Shown: in pieces, positions 28,899 to 36,745 of the stretch
How positions within the stretch are numbered: the first letter of the stretch is position 1
Layout of the letters: the number at the start of each line of letters is the position of its first letter
Assembly: GCA_049512315.1 (NCBI GenBank)
Contig: JBEKXF010000015.1
Span: forward strand, 1 to 64,000
Length of the DNA: 64,000 bases
Direction: 5' to 3'
Source: Candidatus Aminicenantales bacterium
GTDB lineage: Bacteria; Acidobacteriota; Aminicenantia; Aminicenantales; Saccharicenantaceae
Position numbers and translations under genes: made by a program
The notes under the pieces: model-generated
Told to the model about the DNA's origin: nothing
Database searches by the model: none
The model's input: only the letters and a program-made list of their open reading frames with translations

Positions 28899-29255
28899 AT
28901 GCTGGAGCCACTCCTGGAATCCGAAATCAAAGAAAAGGCTCTCCTTTATCTTTAAACTCATGGCGAATCCTACCCCCGGGAGATCGCCCGCTCTCTGGGC
29001 CTCTATATCCATGCCGTTCAATACCAGCTATTGAAGCTGGAAAATGGCGGTGTTCTCTACAGCAAGCTCAGGGGAAAAATCAGGCTTTTCGGGTTCAACC
29101 CGCGGTATCCCTTCAAGAAGGAGCTGGAAGCGCTACTGGAAAAAGCCCTGTCCTTTATCCCTGAGGAAGAAATGGACAGGACTTTTCGACCTCGATTAAG
29201 GCCGCGCCGTAGCGGAAAACCGCCGCTCCGGTCCAATCCATCGATGAGGCCATGA
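28899..29255 (+). pseudogene. Winged-helix (ArsR-like) regulator/antitoxin with premature TAA at codon 19
   Basis: GGAGG RBS; MLEPLLESEIKEKALLYL*THGESYPREIARSLG...QLLKLENGGVLYSKLRGKIRLFGFNPRYPF...RPRRSGKP reads as one frame with a single nonsense codon at 28953-28955. Confidence 0.8.
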
Positions 29256-29330
29256 TCACCAAGGGAATCTCACTCCGGGACCTGGCCGCATTCTTGTCCG
29301 ATCATGAGCGGCGAAACGGCATCGAGGAGG
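29252..29330 (+). pseudogene. 5' remnant of a translationally coupled partner gene (possible nucleotidyltransferase-type toxin)
   Basis: ATGA overlap with the wHTH stop; MITKGISLRDLAAFLSDHERRNGIE, then no longer looks coding. Confidence 0.45.
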
Positions 29331-29414
29331 AACTATTTTTCCGTTTCAATTGTATTATTGGTGAAGCCGCCGGGCCTCAAAACAGGGTCGGGCGGGGCTC
29401 GCCAGGAGGAAACG

Positions 29415-32400
29415 ATGGAACAGAATGAAAAAAATCATCGGCCGCTGACCATAATCTCAGCCCTTGTCTTTGTGCTATGCCTCGCGGCCGCGGCGCTTCT
29501 CGGGGCCCTTTCCGGATCTTCACCAGGCTTCTGCCCTCCTCCCGCCCTGTCCGCGCCCTCGCCGCTGCCTCCACATTCATCCCCGTCCGTATCAACTCTT
29601 CTGGCCGCGAATCAAGCCGCGATAACCGAGCCGCATTGGCTCTCTCCCGCTCCGCTCCTTCCGCCGGGCGCATCCGATTCTCGACAACCCGCGGCCTCCC
29701 AGGCCGCCGACGAGCCGGGCCGCAAGCGCGTCGAGCGGCTCATCAACGAGCAGAAATTCGAGGAAGCGGCCAAAGAGGCCGCGCGCCTCCGCGGCGAGGC
29801 CAGGCGGGCCGGAGACGAGACGCTCTGGACCTGGGCCTTGATCAAGGAAGTCCAGCTCCGCTCCGGCCTCCACGGTTATGAGACGGCCGTCCGCTTCCTC
29901 AAAGAGGAGCCCTGGCCGCAGTCGCCCGTCAACCGCGACATGCTGGACCTCTTCTTCGCCCAATCCCTCGTGACCTATTACGATGCCTATTCCTGGGACA
30001 TCAACAAGCGCGAGCGCGTCGAGGCCGCGGGCCCCATCGACCTCAAGTCCTGGACGAGGGACCAGATCTACGCGGAAGCCTGGTCCGCCCTGATGCGCGT
30101 CTGGAAGGACCGGGAGCGCCTGGCTGACCGTCGGGCCAGGGAATTTCCCGATTTCTGGACTCCCGGCGACTTCCCGGCCGGCATCCGCGACACCCTCCGC
30201 GACTCGGTCGTCTATCTCATCGCCCGGCTCCTCGCCGACACGAGCTTCTGGAACCCCCGCCAGACGAACGAAACCTATCTCCTCGACCTCGACAAGCTCC
30301 TGATGGCCCCATTCGACGCCAAGTCCGCCGCGGTGGTCCTCGAATCGCCGGCCGCGCACCCGCTCGAAAAAGCGGCCGCCCTCCTCGGCGAGCACGAGAG
30401 CTGGTGCCGCCGGTCCGCCGACCGTCCCGAGGCCGCCCTCGAGGCCCGCCTAGTCCGCATCGAAGCCCTTCACAACGCCTTTTCCCAGGACGACGACCGG
30501 GCCCTCATCCTCAAGCGCCTCGGCGAATTCCTTCCGGCTTTCCGCAAGCACGCCTGGTGGGCCATCGGGCAGGCCGTGCTCGCCGAATTCGCGCGCGCCG
30601 AGAACGCACCCGACAGCCTCGTCCGGGCCCGCGCCCTCGCCCTCCAGGGCACCGAGGCCTATCCCGGGTCGCCCGGCGGCCTCCGCTGCCTCTCTCTCGT
30701 CAAGAGCGTCGAGGGGCCTGAATACTCCATGGAGGCGATGGCGACCGACGCGCCCGGCCGCCGGTCCGTCCGCTTCACCCACCGGAACCTGGGCCGCGTC
30801 TATCTTCGGGCTTACCCGGTGGATATCGCCGACCGCATCAGGACGTCCAAGGACTACAACATCTTCCCCGCCTGGCAGGAAGTCCAAGGCATCCTTGAAA
30901 GCGCCAAGCCGGCCGCGGCCTGGAAGGTCGAACTGCCCGCGACCCCCGACTTCCGGGACCACCGGACCTACGCCGAGCTCCCGGCCGATCTCGCCCCCGG
31001 GGTCTATCTCGTGGCCGCCTCGGCCCGCCAGGATTTCGCCCGTAATGAAAACCGGGTCCTGGCCCTGAACGCCGCCGTCGGCGACCTCGTCCTCCTCAAG
31101 CGCGGCGTCTCCGCGGGCGGCGAGGAGGCCATCGTCCTTTCGGGCGGGACGGGCCGGCCCGTCGCCGGAATCGCGGTGGACCTTTATGCCTACGACTGGC
31201 GGCAGGGACACGCGCTTGTCGAGTCGCAGGTCACGGACGCCCGGGGCCGCGTCGTCTTCGCCGGCCGTGAGCGCACCGGCCCGCATTTCCTCCTCGCGAA
31301 GAAAGGCCACGACATCGCCTTCGACCCGGCCTACCTCTACCTTTACAGGAAGCCGGTCCCCGCCGAAACGAGCCATTCCCTCATCTACACCGACCGGAGC
31401 ATCTATCGCCCCGGCCAGAAGCTCTACTGGAAGATCCTGGCCTACCGGGGCCGCCAGGACCTGGGCCAGCTCCGGCCGGCCGCGAACGCCACGGCCTCGA
31501 TCTGGCTCGAGGACATCAACGGCCAGCGCGTGGCCGAAGCGACCGCCGCGACGAACGACTTCGGGACGGCGAGCGGCGAGTTCGTCCTCCCCGCCGCGGG
31601 GCGCCCCCTCGGGGCCTGGCGCCTCCGGAGCTCGCCGGAAGGGTATGCCGGAGTGCGCGTCGAGGAATACAAGAGGCCGACCTTCGAAGTGACCGTCAAG
31701 GACCCGGACAAGCCGCTGCGTCTCAACCGTCCCGCGGCGCTCAAGACCGAGGCCCGCTATTACTTCGGCCTTCCGGTCGCGTCGGGCACGGCCGTCTGGC
31801 AGGTCCGGCGCGAGCCGGTCTATCCGCGCTGGTGGTGGGAAACAGAAAGCGGCCGCTCGCAGATCATCGCCGGCGGCCGGGGCCAGGTCGCGGATGACGG
31901 GACCGTCGACGTGTCCTTCACCCCGAGCGCCGATGAACGGAAGGGCCGCTCCGAGCCGGGCCTCAGCTATCGCTACACCCTCTCGGTCGACGTCACCGAC
32001 GAGGGCGGCGAGACGCGTTCGGCGAAGCGGGCCTTCCGGCTGGGCTTCGTCGGTGTCGAGGCTTCGATCCGGGAGGAGAATAGGTTCGAGAGCGCGGACG
32101 CGGCGAGCGTCTTCTCGGTCACGCGGACCGATCTCAACGGGACGCCGAGGCCGGGCGCAGGGACATGGCGTGCCGTCCGGCTCGTCCAGCCGGAGGCGAC
32201 CCTTCTCCCCGCCGACCAGCCGATGCCGGAGCCGCCGGCAGGGGCAGGCGATCCCGTCGCTTTCCGGACACCGGGCGATCGCCTGAGGCCGCGCTGGGAT
32301 TATGCACTTTCGTACAACGAGGTCCTCCGTCTCTGGAAGGAGGGAACGGAAGCGGCGGCGGGCAAGGCCGAACACGACGCGAACGGCCAGGCGACGGTGA

Positions 32401-35400
32401 GCATTCCGCGGCTCGAACCCGGGGCTTATCGCCTGCTCTATGAGACCAAGGACGAATTCGGCGGGATCTGCCGCGAGAGCCTGGATTTCCTGGTCGTAGG
32501 GAAAAAGGCTTCGGCGCGCCTGCCGGTCCTGGTCAGCGCGGAGCAGTCCGTGGTCCCGGTCGGGAAAACCGCCCGGATCCTATTCCACAGCGGCTTCGCA
32601 GACCAGCCCCTGCTCCTCGAAACCTTCAAGGGCGGCGAGCTCTGGGAGCGCCGCTGGCTCGAGGCCGGGAAGGACGGCGGCATCCTCGAGATCCCGGTCA
32701 CCGAAGACCTCCGGGGAGGATTCGGGGCGCGCCTGACGGCCCTCAGGGACCACCAATTCATGACGGACGAAGCCAGCGTCTTTGTCCCCTGGGACAATAA
32801 GGAGCTCGACCTCACGTTTTCGACCTTCCGCGACAAGCTCGCCCCGGCCGGACGGGAAACGTGGCGGGTGACGGTCAAGACGCCGGGCGGAAAGCCCGCG
32901 GTCCAGGGCGCCGCCGAGCTTCTGGCTTACATGTACGACCGGAGCCTGGACCTTTTCGCGCCTCACCACCCGCCCAGCCTGTTGAACCTCTACCCGAACA
33001 GGGCGGGAACGGCGGCCTGGGATCCCGCCCTGGGCATGGCGCCGCAGGCGTACTCGGAGGATTCCGACTGGACCCATATCCCGGCGTTCCCAGCGTTCCG
33101 GCCGGCCGAACTCCTCGCGCTCAGCGGCTATGGGATCGGCGGGCCGGGTGGCCGCGTTCTGGGCGGTGTCGTCGGCGGAGTTCTCGGAGGAGTTAAGGCC
33201 GACAGGACTGTGACCGCCGCCGCGCCGATAGTCGACGTGAAGAAAACGGCCAGGGTGACGACATTAGCCGAGGAGGAGGCTCCGGCCAAGGAGAAGGCCG
33301 GCAAACCGGGCCAGGAACCGACGGCTGCAGGGCAGGAAGAGGCCGCGCCCTTGCGGTCGAATTTCTCGGAGACGGCCTTCTGGCAGCCCCATCTCCTCAC
33401 GGGCGCGGACGGGACGGCGGCCGTGGAGTTCACCGTGCCCGATTCCGTCACCGGGTGGCGGGTCTTTGTCCACGGGGTAACGCGGGACCTTATGGGCGGG
33501 ACGCTCGAGAAAGAGGCCCGGACCGTCAAGGAGCTCATGGTCCGGCCTTACCTGCCGCGCTTCTTCAGGGAGGGCGACCGGGCCGAGCTCAGGGTGATGG
33601 TCAATAATGCCGGGGAAAAGGAGATGGCGGGCGAGGTCGCGCTCGAGGTCTTCGACCCGGCCACGAATGAGAACCTGGCCCCGGCCTTCGGACTGCCCGC
33701 GAGCGTTCCGGCCCAGGTGTTCAAGGTCAAGGCGGGGGGCGGAGTAGCGGTCACATTCTCGCTCGCGGCCCCGGCGCGGGTGGGGACCGTGGCCTTCAAG
33801 GTCACGGCCAGGGCGGGGGCATTCGGGGACGGCGAACTCAGGCCGTTGCCTGTCCTGCCCGGGCGGATGCATCTCGTCCAGTCGCGGTTCGCGACGCTCA
33901 AGGAAGGCGGGACGCGCGAATTGAAGTTCGCCGACTTGGCGAAGACGGACGACCCCACGCGGATCAACGAGCAGCTCGTGGTCACGGTGGACGCCCAGCT
34001 TTTCTACGGGCTCCTGGACGCCCTCCCCTACCTCGTCAACTACCCCTATGAGTGCACGGAGCAGACGCTCAACCGGTTCATGTCCACGGGCATCCTGACG
34101 AGCCTTTACGACAAGTACCCGGCGGTCGCGCGCATGGCCCAGGCCCTGAGCAAGCGGGACACGGTTTACGAAACGTTCGACGCCGCCGACCCGAACCGGA
34201 AGATGGGGCTCGAGGAGACGCCGTGGCTGGCGGAGGCGCGGGGCGGCCAGGACGCGGGGTACGGGGTGGAGAAAGTGCTCGACCCGCGGGTGGCCAAGGC
34301 CCAGAGAGAGGCGTCGCTGGCCAAGCTGCTCAAGGCGCAGACTGCGATCGGGGCGTTCCCGTGGTGGCCGGGCGGGCCGCCGTCGCCCTACATGACTCTC
34401 TATATCGTCCACGGGTTCTCGAAGGCGATCGAGTTCGGGGTGGGCGTTCTGAAAGAGCCGGTCGTGCGGGCGTTCGGCTACTTGCACCGCCACTACATCG
34501 ACGAGATCGTGTCGATGCTCATGGCTCACGACACGGGCTGGGAGTTCGTCACGTTCATGAATTACACCATCAGCAATTTCCCGGACGCGACATGGACGGG
34601 CGGCGTGTTCACGGAGGCCGAGCGGAAGCTGATGCTCGACTTCTCGTTCAAGCACTGGAAAGAACACTCGCCGTACCTCAAGGGGTACCTGGCCCTGACG
34701 CTCAAGCGGGCGGGGCGGGTGAGGGACGCGGCGCTCGTCTGGGACAGCGTGATGGACAGCGCCAAGACGACGGTGGACGAGGGGACGAGCTGGGCGCCGG
34801 AGGACCGTGGCTGGCTCTGGTATAACGACACGATCGAGACGCACGCGTTCGCGCTGCGGACCCTGATGGAGCTCATGCCGGCTGACGCGCGGAGCGAGGG
34901 GCTCGTCCAGTGGCTCTTCCTCAACAAGAAGCTCAACCACTGGAAGTCGACGCGGGCGACGGCCGAGGTCATCTACTCGGTGGCCTACTTCCTGAAGCAG
35001 ACGGGGGCGCTCGGAGTGAGGGAGGCGGTGACGGTCGAGGCCTGCGGCACGCGCACGGAATTCACGTTCGAGCCGGACAAGTACACTGGAAAGAAAAATC
35101 AGGTAGTCGTCCCCGGGGATAGGCTGGCCGTGGCGCGGGGAGGCGCGGCGGTGCCGGCGGCGGCTTCGGCGGCTGCGGCGGGGGCCTCAGCGGCTGTGAC
35201 GGCCCCGTGCGCGACGGTCCGGGTCAGTAAGGAAGGGAAAGGGATGGCCTTCGCCAGCGCGACCTGGCATTTCAGCACGGAGAAGATGCCGGAGAAGGGC
35301 GAGGGGGATTTATTCGCGGTCGAGAGGAGCTATTTTAAGCGGGAAAAGAAGGGCGACGAGGTCGTGTTAAAGCCTCTGGCCGAGGGCGCGGCGCTCGCGG

Positions 35401-35756
35401 TCGGCGACGAGATCGAGGTGCAGCTCGCAATCCGGGCGAGGCACCCGGCCGAGTACGTGCATCTGAGGGACCCGCGGCCGTCGGGTTGCGAACCGGTGAC
35501 GCTCACGTCGGGGTACAAGTGGGACCTGGGGCTCGCGAGGTACGAGGATATCAGGGACAGCGGCATGAATTTCTTCATGGAGTGGCTGCCCCAGGGCGAG
35601 TACACGCTCAAGCACCGGATGCGCTGCGCCATGGCGGGGACGTTCAAGGCCGCCCCGGCGACGCTGCAGAGCATGTACGCGCCGGAATTCGCGGCCTACT
35701 CCTCCGGCTCGCTGCTGACCATCAGGATTAAGATGGGGTCGGACCATATTAACTAA
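29415..35756 (+). CDS. Bacterial alpha-2-macroglobulin family protein
   Basis: YTDRSIYRPGQ, VEEYKRPTFEV, LRSNFSETAFW, thioester motif YPYECTEQ, QSMYAPEF; AGGAGG RBS before ATG 29415. Confidence 0.95.
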   Translation: MEQNEKNHRPLTIISALVFVLCLAAAALLGALSGSSPGFCPPPALSAPSPLPPHSSPSVSTLLAANQAAITEPHWLSPAPLLPPGASDSRQPAASQAADEPGRKRVERLINEQKFEEAAKEAARLRGEARRAGDETLWTWALIKEVQLRSGLHGYETAVRFLKEEPWPQSPVNRDMLDLFFAQSLVTYYDAYSWDINKRERVEAAGPIDLKSWTRDQIYAEAWSALMRVWKDRERLADRRAREFPDFWTPGDFPAGIRDTLRDSVVYLIARLLADTSFWNPRQTNETYLLDLDKLLMAPFDAKSAAVVLESPAAHPLEKAAALLGEHESWCRRSADRPEAALEARLVRIEALHNAFSQDDDRALILKRLGEFLPAFRKHAWWAIGQAVLAEFARAENAPDSLVRARALALQGTEAYPGSPGGLRCLSLVKSVEGPEYSMEAMATDAPGRRSVRFTHRNLGRVYLRAYPVDIADRIRTSKDYNIFPAWQEVQGILESAKPAAAWKVELPATPDFRDHRTYAELPADLAPGVYLVAASARQDFARNENRVLALNAAVGDLVLLKRGVSAGGEEAIVLSGGTGRPVAGIAVDLYAYDWRQGHALVESQVTDARGRVVFAGRERTGPHFLLAKKGHDIAFDPAYLYLYRKPVPAETSHSLIYTDRSIYRPGQKLYWKILAYRGRQDLGQLRPAANATASIWLEDINGQRVAEATAATNDFGTASGEFVLPAAGRPLGAWRLRSSPEGYAGVRVEEYKRPTFEVTVKDPDKPLRLNRPAALKTEARYYFGLPVASGTAVWQVRREPVYPRWWWETESGRSQIIAGGRGQVADDGTVDVSFTPSADERKGRSEPGLSYRYTLSVDVTDEGGETRSAKRAFRLGFVGVEASIREENRFESADAASVFSVTRTDLNGTPRPGAGTWRAVRLVQPEATLLPADQPMPEPPAGAGDPVAFRTPGDRLRPRWDYALSYNEVLRLWKEGTEAAAGKAEHDANGQATVSIPRLEPGAYRLLYETKDEFGGICRESLDFLVVGKKASARLPVLVSAEQSVVPVGKTARILFHSGFADQPLLLETFKGGELWERRWLEAGKDGGILEIPVTEDLRGGFGARLTALRDHQFMTDEASVFVPWDNKELDLTFSTFRDKLAPAGRETWRVTVKTPGGKPAVQGAAELLAYMYDRSLDLFAPHHPPSLLNLYPNRAGTAAWDPALGMAPQAYSEDSDWTHIPAFPAFRPAELLALSGYGIGGPGGRVLGGVVGGVLGGVKADRTVTAAAPIVDVKKTARVTTLAEEEAPAKEKAGKPGQEPTAAGQEEAAPLRSNFSETAFWQPHLLTGADGTAAVEFTVPDSVTGWRVFVHGVTRDLMGGTLEKEARTVKELMVRPYLPRFFREGDRAELRVMVNNAGEKEMAGEVALEVFDPATNENLAPAFGLPASVPAQVFKVKAGGGVAVTFSLAAPARVGTVAFKVTARAGAFGDGELRPLPVLPGRMHLVQSRFATLKEGGTRELKFADLAKTDDPTRINEQLVVTVDAQLFYGLLDALPYLVNYPYECTEQTLNRFMSTGILTSLYDKYPAVARMAQALSKRDTVYETFDAADPNRKMGLEETPWLAEARGGQDAGYGVEKVLDPRVAKAQREASLAKLLKAQTAIGAFPWWPGGPPSPYMTLYIVHGFSKAIEFGVGVLKEPVVRAFGYLHRHYIDEIVSMLMAHDTGWEFVTFMNYTISNFPDATWTGGVFTEAERKLMLDFSFKHWKEHSPYLKGYLALTLKRAGRVRDAALVWDSVMDSAKTTVDEGTSWAPEDRGWLWYNDTIETHAFALRTLMELMPADARSEGLVQWLFLNKKLNHWKSTRATAEVIYSVAYFLKQTGALGVREAVTVEACGTRTEFTFEPDKYTGKKNQVVVPGDRLAVARGGAAVPAAASAAAAGASAAVTAPCATVRVSKEGKGMAFASATWHFSTEKMPEKGEGDLFAVERSYFKREKKGDEVVLKPLAEGAALAVGDEIEVQLAIRARHPAEYVHLRDPRPSGCEPVTLTSGYKWDLGLARYEDIRDSGMNFFMEWLPQGEYTLKHRMRCAMAGTFKAAPATLQSMYAPEFAAYSSGSLLTIRIKMGSDHIN

Positions 35757-36745
35757 TTGATATTTCAATAGTTATACCAGATATCGGGCCTCATTTTTGC
35801 CTTAAGTCTTCGTTTTCGGGCCTCAAAACAAAGACTTAAGAAAAGCCAAGAGCCAATGAGTTCTTTGGCTGCCTCTCGACGTCCATTCATTAGGACAAAC
35901 AGAGAGGACGATGGCACGGGCAAACCGCTATTACCAGCCTGGACTCATCTGGCACATAACTCACCGATGCCATAAAAGGGAGTTTCTCCTGAAGTTCATC
36001 AAGGACAAGCAAATGTGGTCCCGGTGGGTACTCGCTTCAAAAAGGCAATTCGGGCTCTGCATCCTGAATTATGTAATCACATCTAACCATATTCATTTGC
36101 TCATTCTCGATAGGAATCAAAACGCAGATCAGACTATCTCAAGGTCGCTTCAGTTGGCAGCCGGCCGGGTCGCGCAGGAGTATAACAAAAGGAAGAAACG
36201 CAGCGGGGCTTTCTGGGAGGATCGCTACCACGCTACGGCCATAGAGACAGGCGATCATTTTATCAATTGCCTCACCTATATCGACCTGAATATGGTCAGG
36301 GCGAAAGTCGTAGGCCATCCCGGCGATTGGCCGTTCGGAGGCTATTATGAGCTTCAGCAGTCCCGGGAACGCTTCAGGAACCAGCTCGTGGACTGGCGCA
36401 CCCTCTCGCTCCTTCTTGGGATCAAGAGCTTGGAGAGCTTGCGAGACGCGCGAGCCGAGTGGGTCGAAAAGAAATGCCTAGCTGGGAAGCTCGAGCGCGA
36501 CGCCAAATGGACGGAGAACGTGGCCGTCGGGAGCCGAGAATATACGGAGAAAATAATGGAAAAGTTAGGAAGAAAGATGAAAAGGGAGGAAGAACAAGGA
36601 GGGGGCACGATATATCCTCTTCGCGGAGGGGGACCTGCTTAAGTCCGTATTTTGGGGGGTCAGAAACACGGATTTAAGCTCTAAAAGAGCCCGAAAAATT
36701 CATGTATATTATTTATAATAATATATTTAAATTGGTCCGACCCCA
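35734..36745 (+). mobile_element. Terminal-inverted-repeat-flanked HUH/Y1 transposase element
   Basis: 13-bp perfect IR TGGGGTCGGACCA (35734-35746 / 36733-36745); subterminal palindromes at 35801-35840 and 36638-36678; single Y1 gene, no tnpB, no target duplication seen; AT-richer than the flanks. Confidence 0.88.
35911..36642 (+). CDS. Y1 HUH transposase (IS200/RAYT-like superfamily)
   Basis: MAR..R...G..WHITHR, HUH motif SNHIHLL, GAFWEDRY, catalytic Tyr in YIDLNMVRA, DWPFGGY. Confidence 0.92.
   Translation: MARANRYYQPGLIWHITHRCHKREFLLKFIKDKQMWSRWVLASKRQFGLCILNYVITSNHIHLLILDRNQNADQTISRSLQLAAGRVAQEYNKRKKRSGAFWEDRYHATAIETGDHFINCLTYIDLNMVRAKVVGHPGDWPFGGYYELQQSRERFRNQLVDWRTLSLLLGIKSLESLRDARAEWVEKKCLAGKLERDAKWTENVAVGSREYTEKIMEKLGRKMKREEEQGGGTIYPLRGGGPA

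Noticed and set aside
30450..34940. 641-aa and 558-aa minus-strand ORFs
   Set aside because: Antisense to the alpha-2-macroglobulin gene with no recognisable motifs
35734..36745. Calling the element a Tn3-family transposon or an IS605 with TnpB
   Set aside because: No DDE transposase, resolvase, 5-bp target duplication or tnpB; only a Y1 HUH gene is present
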